Assembly (NCBI GenBank): GCA_963703285.1
Contig: OY969807.1
Coordinates: forward strand, 960,001 to 1,024,000
Direction: 5' to 3'
DNA from: an uncultured Nitrososphaerota archaeon
Lineage (GTDB): Archaea; Thermoproteota; Nitrososphaeria; Nitrososphaerales; Gagatemarchaeaceae
Length of the DNA stretch: 64,000 bases
The notes beneath the pieces are model-generated. The model did not search any database, had not been told where the DNA came from, and worked only from the letters and a program-made list of their open reading frames with translations. How positions within the stretch are numbered: position 1 is the stretch's first letter; each line of letters opens with the position of its first letter. Below are positions 27,920 to 38,236 of this stretch, piece by piece. Made by a program: the position numbers and the translations under genes.

Positions 27920-30259
27920 ATGCGCAGGCAGCGGGCGGTCGGAGGGTTGGTGGCGTGCTCGGTTCTAGCGCTGCTCTTGCTCGTCACCGTGACGAATGCC
28001 TTCGGCTCCACGTCGGTGGCTCGCACCGCGCCCATGCTTGTCCCCACGACGACCTGCTCCTGTGAGCAGGGCCCGCAGGCCGGGGGCTCCTCATCGCTGT
28101 ACCAATTGCAGAGGCACGGTCCGCCCAATATGGAGAACTACGACGAGCAGCTGGGAATCACCTTCTCGCAGAGTTTCACGTCCATCGAGTACAACGTCAC
28201 CGCGGTGGAGCAGACCGACCCCCAGCTGGACACCGGACCGGCCTACCTTCTCAACGGGCTCGCGAACAACGGTTACTGGTATCAAGTGGGCGTCTCGTGG
28301 AACTGGGGTCCAGGCTCAACGCCCGGCACGGGTTTCGATATGAACTATGAGGTCTTCGACACCCAAGGGGACTCCATCTATCCGCGCAACGGCGGGGGGC
28401 TCTCCGGTTTCTCGGGCCCCGTGAACGAAGGCGACACGATAACGCTGAACCTGTACATCGGAAACTCGAGCGACGTGGTGATGGTGGCAGAGGACACGAA
28501 CACGGGAGCGTTCGCCTCGCAGACCTACAGCTCGTTTGGAGCGACCTACTTCGCAGGGTTGCCGAGCGCCGTGGCGAGCTCGAACGGTTACTTCACGGGC
28601 CTGATGAACGAGTGGTATCACGGAGCCCCCTACTACGCCAACGGGGAGCAGGTAATCTTCTCGAACCCGACGTTCGCCCTATCGTCCGCATGGATGTGGA
28701 TGGACGAGTTCAACGCGAACACCATCCAGTCCCTCTTCACGGCAAACACGGCGTCGCCGGTCACCTACACCAACCCGAACTCCCTGCAGGAGTTCTCGTA
28801 CAACGGCACCGTGGAATACAGCGACGCCTACGAGTTCATAACGGGCAACGCGACCGTCTCCACGACCAACTCCACCGTTCCGCTGACGCTCAGCTACGCC
28901 GTCCTGGGTGGGGGGACGACCTATTCCTCGCCGGTGCTGACCTACGTCTCGGGAGGGTCTCAGAAGACGGCGACGCTCTCCATATCCTCGGCCACCTACC
29001 AGGCCGACATCGGCAGCACCTGGACCGTCACCGGGACCCTCGGAGGCTCGTCGTCCAGCGAGCGGTGGCAGACAGACCAGCCGACGACCGGAGTCGCCAA
29101 GTCGGCGGACACGGTCGTCCTCGAGTACTACCATCAGTTCTCGGTGAGCTTCGAATTCGCCGTCTCGGGCGGAGGGTCAGCCTATTCGGAGCCCACCGTG
29201 GCATACGACTCCTTCGGTTCCGCACAGTCCGCGGGTGGAACTTCTGCCCAGTTCCCGCTCGGCAGCGTGTGGGCGGACTCGGGGTCCCGCTACAACTACA
29301 CCGACCCGCTGCCAGGTTCCTCGTCGAGCGAGAGGTGGAACGCCGACCCTGCCACGGGGACGGTCGATTCGTCAGGGACAGCAACGGTCGACTACTACCA
29401 CCAGTTCCTCGTGACGGTGGACGCGTCCTTCGAGGGCAGCGTGATCTTCCCATCGGTCTCGCTGCGCTCGACCAGCGAGGGCAGGTCCCTCACGGGGACG
29501 GTCGCCCAGGGCGCGAACACGTTCTGGCTGGACGCAAGCGCGCAGTACTCGATCTCACAGACGGTATCGCTCCTCCAGGGAGAGAGGTGGGCGACCAACG
29601 CCACGACCACAGGAGTGGTCTCCGGGCAGTTCACGATCCCGCTGGCCTACCAGTACCAGTACTACGTCGGCATATCGACGAGCGGGACGAACGGGGGGAC
29701 GACGTCTGCGGAGATAGGGTGGTATCTTCCCGGGACGAACCTGCAGGTAACGGCGACCCCGAACTCCGGATGGCAGTTCGAAGGGTGGACGGGTGTCGGG
29801 GCGGGATCCACGACGAGCTCGAGCCCCGAACTGTCCTTGACCCTCATCGGTCCTGCGAACGAGACGGCGGCCTTCTACCCCGGGGTGACAGTGACGGCCT
29901 CAGGGCCGGTAGCCGTCTCGTACCAGGATGGGACCATCTCGGGGAGGGTCGCCGCCGGAACGAGTTCCGTCGTCTATGTCCCTGCGTCGTCTACGATGTC
30001 GCTCAGCGCTGGTTCCGCACCCCTCTTCTACTCGTTCACGGGGTGGAGCGGGGCTGTCTCCTCGAAGGGGTCTAGCGTCTCGCTCTCGGTTGACGCGCCA
30101 GAGAGCGTCATGGCGGGGTCGTCCTATGACTACGCCAGCATCGCGATAGTGTCGCTGGCCGCGATCCTGATAGTCGTGGTGGCCCTCCTTGCGTTAACAA
30201 GGTCGAGGAAGCCTAAGGTCGAGAATCGGGAGGAGACCGTAGGCAGCCCGGCTGCGTAA
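27920..30259 (+). CDS. Large membrane-anchored surface protein (possible glutamic peptidase-like N-domain plus repeats)
   Basis: Signal peptide; GYWYQVG; repeated SERW...YYHQF units; PNSGWQFEGWTG (InlB-B-like); C-terminal TM. Confidence 0.8.
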   Translation: MRRQRAVGGLVACSVLALLLLVTVTNAFGSTSVARTAPMLVPTTTCSCEQGPQAGGSSSLYQLQRHGPPNMENYDEQLGITFSQSFTSIEYNVTAVEQTDPQLDTGPAYLLNGLANNGYWYQVGVSWNWGPGSTPGTGFDMNYEVFDTQGDSIYPRNGGGLSGFSGPVNEGDTITLNLYIGNSSDVVMVAEDTNTGAFASQTYSSFGATYFAGLPSAVASSNGYFTGLMNEWYHGAPYYANGEQVIFSNPTFALSSAWMWMDEFNANTIQSLFTANTASPVTYTNPNSLQEFSYNGTVEYSDAYEFITGNATVSTTNSTVPLTLSYAVLGGGTTYSSPVLTYVSGGSQKTATLSISSATYQADIGSTWTVTGTLGGSSSSERWQTDQPTTGVAKSADTVVLEYYHQFSVSFEFAVSGGGSAYSEPTVAYDSFGSAQSAGGTSAQFPLGSVWADSGSRYNYTDPLPGSSSSERWNADPATGTVDSSGTATVDYYHQFLVTVDASFEGSVIFPSVSLRSTSEGRSLTGTVAQGANTFWLDASAQYSISQTVSLLQGERWATNATTTGVVSGQFTIPLAYQYQYYVGISTSGTNGGTTSAEIGWYLPGTNLQVTATPNSGWQFEGWTGVGAGSTTSSSPELSLTLIGPANETAAFYPGVTVTASGPVAVSYQDGTISGRVAAGTSSVVYVPASSTMSLSAGSAPLFYSFTGWSGAVSSKGSSVSLSVDAPESVMAGSSYDYASIAIVSLAAILIVVVALLALTRSRKPKVENREETVGSPAA

Positions 30260-30287
30260 GAATGCAACCGGGCTGGCCATTAGCAGC

Positions 30288-30926
30288 CTAACTGCTGAAG
30301 ACAGACTCGCTGGAGGCGGACGGAATCTCGGGGAACGAGTCGGACATCCGCTTCTCTGCCACCGCTGCAGCTTCTGCCATGATCTTCTCGGCCTCTTCGC
30401 TGCTCTCAGGGGTGAAGAAGTTGCCCCCGCTTATTCCGCCGACGTCGCTCATGAGCCCGGTAAGGGAGGCGCCGATGTCTCCGAGCGCCGACTGGGCGTC
30501 CGGCATCGCGGTGCCCAGGGTAGAGCGGATAGACCTGATGACCCCGATCGCCGGAGCGAGGGTGGCGGTGAAGTCGCCGATGTCGGTCACGGTCTGCAGT
30601 CTGGTGGTTATCTGTTCGAGCGCAATCTTGGACTGCGTGACGATCTTCGCCATCTTCCTCACCTCGGACAGCTCGTTCGAGTAGGCCTTGCTTGTCTGCT
30701 CGTCGTGCTGCTGGACGGCGGTCACGGTCTTCTTGAATATCGCCTGTTCCCTCTGCTTCAGGCGGTCCATCGAGCGGTCCAGGCGGGAAATCTCCTGCTG
30801 GAGCTGGCTCGTGGCCTTCTGGATCTGCGGCCTCATGGGCTGGGCGCCCCTGATGGCCTCCTTCGTCTTCTGGCTGAACGACCCTTGGTCCTGCTGCGGC
30901 TTCCAGTTCTTTTCGAACTTACTCAA
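30288..30926 (-). CDS. ESCRT-III/Snf7 (CdvB-like) protein
   Basis: AYSNELSEVRK, KIALEQITTRLQTVTDIGD, EAEKIMAEAAAVAE. Confidence 0.88.
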   Translation of the reverse strand: MSKFEKNWKPQQDQGSFSQKTKEAIRGAQPMRPQIQKATSQLQQEISRLDRSMDRLKQREQAIFKKTVTAVQQHDEQTSKAYSNELSEVRKMAKIVTQSKIALEQITTRLQTVTDIGDFTATLAPAIGVIRSIRSTLGTAMPDAQSALGDIGASLTGLMSDVGGISGGNFFTPESSEEAEKIMAEAAAVAEKRMSDSFPEIPSASSESVFSS

Positions 30927-31069
30927 GTTAATCTCTCGCTATCACGTGCCTCTTGATGTGATGATACCGGCGTCAGGCAACAATTCTTGACAGGTTGCTC
31001 AACGCGGATGAGACATTCGCATCGGCGAAGGCATCGCTTTTTTAGGTACACACCATAGGCCGCACCGTC

Positions 31070-31780
31070 TTGGCTCTCGACCCGGCCATCTTCCTCGCTG
31101 CGCTCGGGATAACTCTCCTAGAGTTCACCGAGGCCTCGGCGGTCGCGCTCGCCCTCTACGCCGACTCGGGCCGGTATTCGGCGTTCCTGTACGTAGCCCT
31201 CGGGTCCCTAGTTGTCCTGCTCCCGACCATCCTCGTCGGGTCGCTCATCGGTCTGCTGCCCGCCGTCTATGTGAGGCTCGTCGCGGCAGTCCTCCTCCTC
31301 TACTTCGGTCTGAGGCTGGCCAGGAGCGCGAGGAGGTCGGTCCTGAGCGCGAGGAAGGGGAGCAAGCGCATCGAGCACTTCGAGAAGGGAATCATGGCGA
31401 CGGGTTTCTCGGTAGGCGCCATTGAGGCCTTCGAGGCGGCCATCGTACTCGTGGGTCTCCTGCCGAACGGCTTCGTCGCGACCATCAGTGGCCTGAGCGT
31501 CGGTATCGTCCTCGTGGTGGTCGCCACCTATCTCTTGCGGACCCAGGTCAGGAAGGTGAAGCAGGCCGATTCCAAGGTCGTCGTCTCGGCGCTCCTTCTC
31601 TCCTTCTCGAGCTTCTGGTTCGCGGAGGCTTTCTACTCGCCTTCGGACCTGCTCCTCATACCTGTCTTCGGCGTCTTCGCCGTGACGGTGTACTTCTTCG
31701 CCAACCGGCCCTCGCCCCCGGTCCAGGGCGGTTCATCTGAGCAGGCGTCCGAGACTCGGGGCGGCACCCCGCCCCCGTAA
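31070..31780 (+). CDS. COG4280/FTR1-like membrane protein, putative metal transporter
   Basis: Two repeated ExxE helices (LLEFTEA, IEAFEA); multiple TMs; next to NRAMP. Confidence 0.75.
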   Translation: MALDPAIFLAALGITLLEFTEASAVALALYADSGRYSAFLYVALGSLVVLLPTILVGSLIGLLPAVYVRLVAAVLLLYFGLRLARSARRSVLSARKGSKRIEHFEKGIMATGFSVGAIEAFEAAIVLVGLLPNGFVATISGLSVGIVLVVVATYLLRTQVRKVKQADSKVVVSALLLSFSSFWFAEAFYSPSDLLLIPVFGVFAVTVYFFANRPSPPVQGGSSEQASETRGGTPPP

Positions 31781-31849
31781 TCTACTATCCTTCCGCCCCG
31801 CGACGCTGACCCGTTCAGGTTATCAAGTACGTGATAACGGGCCAGCATC

Positions 31850-33010
31850 ATGGGGTCCGGTCGGCTGCACGAGTTCGCACAGTCCTTCGGGCCCGCCTGG
31901 ATCGTCATGATAGCGGACGTCGACGCCCCCAGCATACTGACCGCGGCGACGGTTGGGGCGACCTACGGCTACGGGCTGATCTGGTTCTTCATGCTGCTCA
32001 CCGTACCGCTCTTCATCATCCAAGAGGCGAGCGGGAGGATAGGGATCGCGACGGGAAGAGGTCTGGGCGATGTAATCCGCACATCCTACTCGCGGAACAT
32101 CGCGGTCCTCGCAAGCGTGCCGATGGCGACGGTTGACGTTGTGAGCTACGTCGCAGAGTACACTGGCATCGCGATCGGGATGGAGATAGTAGGCGTGCCG
32201 CCGATAGTCTCCATGCCCGCGGCCTACGTGGTCCACATTCTGGTCATACGTAGGAGGCAGTATTTGACGCTCCAAAAGGTCCTGTTTGCAATCTCGGTGG
32301 TCCTGATCATCTCATACGCCGGCTCCCTCTTCGCGCGCGGGCTGATTTCTTCGAACGCGTTCTACTTCAGCGGGTCACCGAACTATCTGTACCTCCTGGC
32401 GGCTAGCGCGGGAGCGGTCATCATGCCGTTTATGTTGTTCTTCCAGGCCTCCGCAACTGCGGAGAAGGGATTAGTGCGCCTGTGGGCGATGAGGACGGAG
32501 ACCCTGATCGGGGCGCTGGCGAGTGAGATAGGCATGGTCGTGATCGTGATAGCGACGGCCGGGTTGAACTCCTCTGTGAATGTTGGCAACCCGAGGACAC
32601 TCGCGTCGGCACTTTCGTCCATAGCTGGCGCCTATGCGCCCTATCTCTTCGCCGCAGGGCTCGTGGCCGCGGCGTTTTTGGCCCTGGTCGTAATCTCCCT
32701 GGCCAGCTCCTGGGCGGTCGTGGAGGCTCTGAACTGGCAGCGGAACAGGTTCTTCTGGGTCTACGTCGCAGAATCACTGCCGGCGGTCGCTATTCCGATC
32801 TTCTATCCGAACCCCCTCGGGCTCGTACTGAACCTGATGGTTCTCTCCATCTTCGTGCTGGTGGGCCCCGGGATTCTGATGGGGAAGCTGGCCTCGAACA
32901 GGACGATAATGGGTAAGTACGTCTCTTCCGGTCGAGAGAAGAGCGCCTTCTGGCTGAGCCTGGCGGTGGTGCTGAGCTTCGGCGTAGTAGCCGTGGCCGC
33001 GTCCCTCTAG
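31850..33010 (+). CDS. NRAMP-family divalent metal transporter
   Basis: GPAWIVMIADVDA, QEASGRIGIATGRGL, GAVIMPFM. Confidence 0.9.
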   Translation: MGSGRLHEFAQSFGPAWIVMIADVDAPSILTAATVGATYGYGLIWFFMLLTVPLFIIQEASGRIGIATGRGLGDVIRTSYSRNIAVLASVPMATVDVVSYVAEYTGIAIGMEIVGVPPIVSMPAAYVVHILVIRRRQYLTLQKVLFAISVVLIISYAGSLFARGLISSNAFYFSGSPNYLYLLAASAGAVIMPFMLFFQASATAEKGLVRLWAMRTETLIGALASEIGMVVIVIATAGLNSSVNVGNPRTLASALSSIAGAYAPYLFAAGLVAAAFLALVVISLASSWAVVEALNWQRNRFFWVYVAESLPAVAIPIFYPNPLGLVLNLMVLSIFVLVGPGILMGKLASNRTIMGKYVSSGREKSAFWLSLAVVLSFGVVAVAASL

Positions 33011-33107
33011 GGAGCTGGAGGCGCGCTTCCAGACGCACTTCGTTCCAGCTCTCGAGAGTCAGCCCTCCTGGCGCGCGGAAAGCACGGGTTGAACGGTGTA
33101 GCGGAAT

Positions 33108-33536
33108 TCAGGCAGACCTGGGTGCTACACGCTGAACCAAGGCGGCGAGCAATTCAGCGGGCGCCTCGGCTTCCATTATAGCTCGTCGCCGGTTCCTCTC
33201 CTCAGACGGAGTTCGGGATTCAGCCGCCTCCCTCGCGCATCGCACCGCCTCCTCCAGCGTGGACGCCATCTTGACGCCAAACTTCGGATCCGGTTGCCAG
33301 AACTTCGCGCGGTACCTGCCCCGGGGGTCGACCCTTCTTTCCTCCAGGGTAAGAAGTCCCGCAGCCTCGAGCCCCCGGAGGGCCCCTCCCGCGGTCTTCC
33401 AGTTCGTGATTTGAAGGGCAGCCATCACCCGTTTGGTGGTGACGGGACCTGGATGGCGATGCAGAAAAAGGATGATCTCAATCCTGCGGGATCCCTCGAA
33501 GAGGTTCCCGGGGCCGCCGACAAGTTCCTCTCGCAT
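33108..33536 (-). CDS. Winged-helix hypothetical protein
   Basis: RRIEIILFL...ALRGLEAAGLL. Confidence 0.5.
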   Translation of the reverse strand: MREELVGGPGNLFEGSRRIEIILFLHRHPGPVTTKRVMAALQITNWKTAGGALRGLEAAGLLTLEERRVDPRGRYRAKFWQPDPKFGVKMASTLEEAVRCAREAAESRTPSEERNRRRAIMEAEAPAELLAALVQRVAPRSA

Positions 33537-33755
33537 CGACGGAATAAACCCCCTCCTTCATATTGGCATGACTATGAAATGCTCTGGGTCTCTCTATGTG
33601 AGATTCTTACGCGAGAAACGAGCATCAGAGATCGGGCTGCGAGCGTGCTAGCCCTCATCCCTCGGTCTGGAGTCGTTCCCCTCTGCCGTCTTCATCCACC
33701 TCTCGATTTCCTCGAATGCCTCTGCCACCCTGACCCCGCGCCCTGGTTCCATTGG

Positions 33756-34301
33756 CTAGGGGCGCTCGTTCCCGTCCTGCTCCTCCGGTCCCTCGCCCAG
33801 CCCGGCGTCGTCTATGACACCGCTCGGGAGGACGGCCGAGTAGAGCTTGAAGATGGACTCGGCGTAGGCACGCAGGATGACCTCCCGCGGCCGTTGATCT
33901 CCGTTAGTCACGTAGGACCCGAGCGGGACGGCATAGAAAACCAGGCTCTCGGCTCGCGCCTCCCCGCGGTACTCCAGGTCGAAGTGGAAGACCGGGAACA
34001 ACCCTCCGATGGCGATTATCAGCTTTGTCACGCCGTCGTGCTCGACCGTGATGTTTTGCTCGTCGAGCTCCAGAGACCCTATGGCGAATCCCGAGTAGTC
34101 TTCCAACGTCTTCGGTTTGATGCTCGTCCTGCCCCAGGCCCCCGTTAGCAACTCCGTCCTGAGCGCGAAGCCCCCCTGTGACCTCGCCTGCTGGATGAAG
34201 ATCGACCGTCGGTCCGTAATCAGGATGGCATACTCGTTCATCCCGTGGTGCGATGCGATGACCCTGTGGACCAGTCCGAGCCTTCTCTCCTGGGAACTCA
34301 C
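33756..34301 (-). CDS. Hypothetical protein
   Basis: YAILITDRRSIFI (PH-like pattern); GTG start at 34301. Confidence 0.6.
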   Translation of the reverse strand: MSSQERRLGLVHRVIASHHGMNEYAILITDRRSIFIQQARSQGGFALRTELLTGAWGRTSIKPKTLEDYSGFAIGSLELDEQNITVEHDGVTKLIIAIGGLFPVFHFDLEYRGEARAESLVFYAVPLGSYVTNGDQRPREVILRAYAESIFKLYSAVLPSGVIDDAGLGEGPEEQDGNERP

Positions 34302-34445
34302 GGAATTCCTTCTCGCATCCGACGCAGGCGGTCGACTTAATACTTTCCCGGTTGGTCCAGGAGGCCAGGCACGAGGTTCGTCAGTCCAGCTAACGGTGGC
34401 GAGCGACGTAAATAAACGGGAGTAACCATGTCGGGGCGGGATAGC

Positions 34446-34658
34446 ATGGCAGGACAGCATTCGAAGGAAGAACTCGAGGGCAAGCTGAAGGAGTGGTCGG
34501 AGTACGCGCGCAAGGTGCGTGAGAAGGGGGTCGCGTTCCGCAACGAGCTGGGAAAGATCACGAAGGCGCCAGTCTACACCAAGAAGGACGCCGACAGGGT
34601 TGCGGAGATCGTGGAGGAGTTTGCCAAGGTCATGGAGGACATGCCGTCACCGATTTGA
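34446..34658 (+). CDS. Small helical hypothetical protein
   Basis: Host-like codon usage; TAAATAA box upstream. Confidence 0.6.
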   Translation: MAGQHSKEELEGKLKEWSEYARKVREKGVAFRNELGKITKAPVYTKKDADRVAEIVEEFAKVMEDMPSPI

Positions 34659-34686
34659 GACGTTCAGGAAGCGCAGTTACAGTAGA

Positions 34687-35145
34687 ATGGGCAGAAGCTT
34701 AAAGGACAAGCATTATAGGAGACCACTCGATGAACAACCCGAGGGTCACTCCAGTGGAGGGGAGAAAGCGGTGATATTCCAGAAGCCACCGTCCAAGTGT
34801 GGGTGCCCATACTGTGACTCCGGGTGCCTGTGCGGCGACTGCTCCGCTTGCACAAACATCGCCGCCGACAGACTGTTCGTGAGAAACGCGAAGAGGGCCG
34901 CGGTGCTGTGCTGTCTCTTTCTTGTGGTCGGGGGGTTCATGTTCTTCGCTCCGGTCGTCTCCTTGGGATCAGAGGCGCCCCTTACGACGGGGGTGCCCTC
35001 CTTCAGGATCCAGACGAGCGAGACGTCGACCGCAGAGCTTTGCTCCATCACGTTCTGCTACCTAGGCGCCGGTGCGGTGTACGCCAATGGTACGTACTAC
35101 CCTGTGACAAACCCAGTGGCGGGCCTCGGCGGTCCCAGGAAGTAA
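34687..35145 (+). CDS. Membrane protein with N-terminal Cys cluster (start may be GTG 34771)
   Basis: CGCPYCDSGCLCGDCSAC, then a TM helix. Confidence 0.55.
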   Translation: MGRSLKDKHYRRPLDEQPEGHSSGGEKAVIFQKPPSKCGCPYCDSGCLCGDCSACTNIAADRLFVRNAKRAAVLCCLFLVVGGFMFFAPVVSLGSEAPLTTGVPSFRIQTSETSTAELCSITFCYLGAGAVYANGTYYPVTNPVAGLGGPRK

Positions 35146-35221
35146 GAGCCCAGGACCTCGGGGATGCTGTCGGCCCCAACCGAGGGTCTGATGCCTTGAT
35201 TGGTCTGGGCCGGGCCCAAGC

Positions 35222-35663
35222 TCACTTGCCATAGATGTCCTGGTTTTGTTGGATGTGCAGGGCGGTAAATGTCGGTATCGCAGCCGTGACAAAAGCAGCG
35301 TTCAGTATGCCTTCGTAGATTGGGAGGTTGAGTGCCTGAGTCAGGTCCCAGGCGAGGTCGAACGTGGCGAGGGCCAGGATGAAGGAGTAGAGTATCAGCC
35401 GGTAGCCCTTGTTCCTGACGAACAGGGCCAGCACGAGGATGGCCACCCCGCTGGCGAGGAAGGACTCGAGGCAATAGGGCAGAGTCGCCTGGGACAGGGG
35501 GTTGAGCTCAGAATCCTCCGGCCGAGAGGACGAAGTATGTGACAAAGGTAACTGAGACCTTGAGGAAGAGAGTGGCGAGCAGCATCTCTCCGGCGAGTCT
35601 ATCGAAGCCCAAGGCGAGATGGGGATGATGCAGCTTCCATCCCGCGACCAACCCATCGAACAT
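35222..35663 (-). CDS. DUF5658-like membrane protein, apparent +1 frameshift near 35512
   Basis: MLLATLFLKVSVTFVTYFVLSAGG joins SELNPLS...hydrophobic helices if one T is removed (GGxELNP motif). Confidence 0.55.
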
Positions 35664-35815
35664 CGGCGCTCACACGAGAAAGCCGGTTTTTCTTGTCCAT
35701 ATAACGTGGGCACACGATTTTCATCCCTGAGAACCAGGACCCTTACGAGTGGTTGGGAGCCTTGGCTCCTAGCCACAGAGGGAGTTCGCTCTCCCGGTCC
35801 TCTGTGTCCCCTGAT

Positions 35816-37078
35816 TTAGGGCGAGCTGATGGAACGCTCCGGAGGGGCGCTGGCGCGTCCCTCGAGCAGTATCAGGGCCAGCGGGACCATAGCTAACGCG
35901 CCGCTGTAGAAGCCGGAGGGAGCCGTGGCCGGGCTACCATTGCCGACTTCGAATATTGCGATAAGGGTTGTGTTTTGGTCAAGTGTCAACGTCCTGGTCG
36001 CGTTGGTGCTGCCGGTGTCACTCCACCGGACGAACTTCAGGTCGCTGTAAGACGACATCTGCGCCGTGTATGTGTCACCCGCTATGAGCACGAACGGCAG
36101 CAGTGTGCCACCTGTGTAGGATCCAGTGAAGGGTTCGTAGGCGCCTGGAGGCGTGACGGTGACCCAGAGCCCGGGGGACCGTTCAACGTACCCCGTGTTG
36201 CTCACCGTGTTGCCGATCACCGTGCCGTTCTGGTACTCCGCTATCACGTTGAGGGTTGCGGCCTGTGACGGCGGAACATACTGATAGAGAGCGTCGAAGG
36301 AAGCACTCGTCGATCCGGTCGAGCTGAACGTTAGGAAATCGTAGTTGTTCAGTTCCCCATCCGAGAAGTGCCTGAAGTAGTAGTTGCCCGAAGAGTACGC
36401 GACCACCTGATACTGCAGCCCGGGCTCCAGGTTCTGGAACGTGGTCGGCGTAGTGCCGTTCTATATCGTGTATCCATCGACCGCCAGGTAGACGACGAAT
36501 CCGCTGAGCGCGGTCCCATTGAGATCGTTGCTTGCGACCGAGATGCTGTAGGGCGTCGCAGGCGGAGGCTGCGGGGTGGTCGTGAAGACCGCCGTCGCGG
36601 TCGTACCGGATGAGTTCGCGGCGACAGGCAGGACCCTCGAGGAGAATCCTCCTGACCAGTGGTTAAAGTAGAGGTTCTTGAAGTCAGAGACCGTCACCGT
36701 ATAGTTGTCCCCACTCGTCGTGTTGAACGTTACCGGAGTGTATCCGGTGGCGACCTCTGTGCCGTTGAGCGCCAGCTCCGTGTAGACGCCCTTCAAGGTG
36801 GTCCCGTTTGAGTACTGCGAGGTCACCAGTACGGCCGAGCCCGACTTCGGCGAGCCTCCAGTGCTTGTGGACGTGGATGTTGTGGATGCGGTGGATCTCG
36901 TGGAGGACACGCCCTGGCTACTCGTGGTTGTGGTGTTGGTACCCGTCTTTGAGTGACTCACGCCCAAAAAGTCAGCGCTGAAGAGGATGACGCCAGCGAT
37001 AACGGCTATCATGAGGACCACCGCTACTATGATAGGTGCGGCAGAGGCTCCGGGTGACCTGTGTTTCCGTGTCAACAA
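35816..37078 (-). CDS. Surface protein with three Ig-like repeats, interrupted by in-frame TAG (36461-36463)
   Basis: ORFs 36461-37078 and 35816-36406 share a frame; read-through gives GYTI*NGTTPTTFQNLEPGLQYQVVAY, homologous to repeat 1. Confidence 0.75.
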
Positions 37079-37481
37079 GTGTGCTCGTTGTTCTTTCCCC
37101 GAAAGTAAATGAGCATCCTAGCATTGCTCTGGGGCATTGTGCTAGAGAATAGAACGGGCATCCGACCCCGCCCCACGCCTCCAGCCTCGTCGAGAACGCT
37201 ACGATTTCCGAGAGCCTATCGAGAGTAATCGACTGTCAAGAACTTCGTACCGGAACGGTGCGAGGCCGGCGTGCATCAGGCTGAACGCTGGCCGCGCTCT
37301 GGGGGGCCAAGATCTCGCTCCTAACTGGCTTCTCCTGCCAGCTTCTCATCCACATGATTGCGAAGGCCCGCGACACCAATCCAATGACCCCTTCGGCGAA
37401 TAACATAGGTCATATTTAATGATAACGATGTTAACCATTCGCGTTAACACCGTTATTAACAGCAGGCCGTAACGCTAGTCA

Positions 37482-37697
37482 GGCGGAGGAGGAGATCTCG
37501 TGCTGTGGACGGAGTGAGACTAATCATTTATACTGACTCATCGAACGAAGGAAGAAGGCGATGAAAGCGGCGCCAGGATCCGCGCGCCCTCTGCACTTCC
37601 CTCAAACTGGCTATCTCAGTGCTTTTTCGTTGGTGGCGTAATCTGCAGGATAATCTGACCGAAGTTTAGGTGGACGGTACATTGTGGGTGCTTTTTT
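37482..37697 (+). ncRNA. Candidate ~215-nt structured RNA, family unknown
   Basis: TTATTAA box at ~37453, oligo-T at 37692, several nested helices seen by eye. Confidence 0.4.
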
Positions 37698-37768
37698 ATT
37701 GCCGTGCTATTGTGCAATGGCGAAGGCTGTCTTTGACGGGTCGAAGAGGACGAAAGTATTGCCAAGAA

Positions 37769-38236
37769 ATGCACGAACGGATCCTGTCCATACTACCAAA
37801 ACCTGACCTTGAACGACTTTACTTTAGCGAACTCGTCTCAACCAAGCTGCTTGCGAAGCGATATGGAGTGTCCCAGTCTTGCATCTATAACCTCTTTCAG
37901 CGATATGGTCTCAAGACTAGAACGCTGCAAGAGGCTATGCTGCTGAGAAGAAAACCTTCCACAAGACATAAACGCATTCGCGAACGAGCGGTTAGGCTAC
38001 TCGGTGGCATTTGTGCGCATTGTGGATGTGATGGCATGAGAATTCTGGAGATTCACCACAAAGAGGGAGGGGGAAGGCCTGAGACAAGAACGTCATCAAA
38101 GTTCTATTACAACATTACCATGGGTCGCAGAAACACGAGCGACCTAGAGGTTTGCTGCAAACCCTGCCACGCTGCAGAGGAGGTCAAAAGGATCCACGGG
38201 CTGGATTGTTTTCAGATTGTGTGGAGAAAATCATAG
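37769..38236 (+). CDS. HTH plus HNH endonuclease (alternative start TTG 37733)
   Basis: LAKRYGVSQSCIY helix-turn-helix; CAHCG...LEIHH...LEVCCKPCH; AT-richer than flanks. Confidence 0.85.
   Translation: MHERILSILPKPDLERLYFSELVSTKLLAKRYGVSQSCIYNLFQRYGLKTRTLQEAMLLRRKPSTRHKRIRERAVRLLGGICAHCGCDGMRILEIHHKEGGGRPETRTSSKFYYNITMGRRNTSDLEVCCKPCHAAEEVKRIHGLDCFQIVWRKS

Noticed and set aside
36461-36463. Pyrrolysine recoding
   Set aside because: Single case, no pyl machinery seen, and an error-prone assembly.
37482-37700. tmRNA-like features (AAACT-GGC resume context, tag-like GYLSAFSLVA*, possible pseudoknot), or RNase P/SRP RNA
   Set aside because: No tRNA-like acceptor stem, T-arm or CCA; no RNase P CR-I/CR-V and no SRP helix-8 motif. 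Kept only as an unknown RNA candidate.
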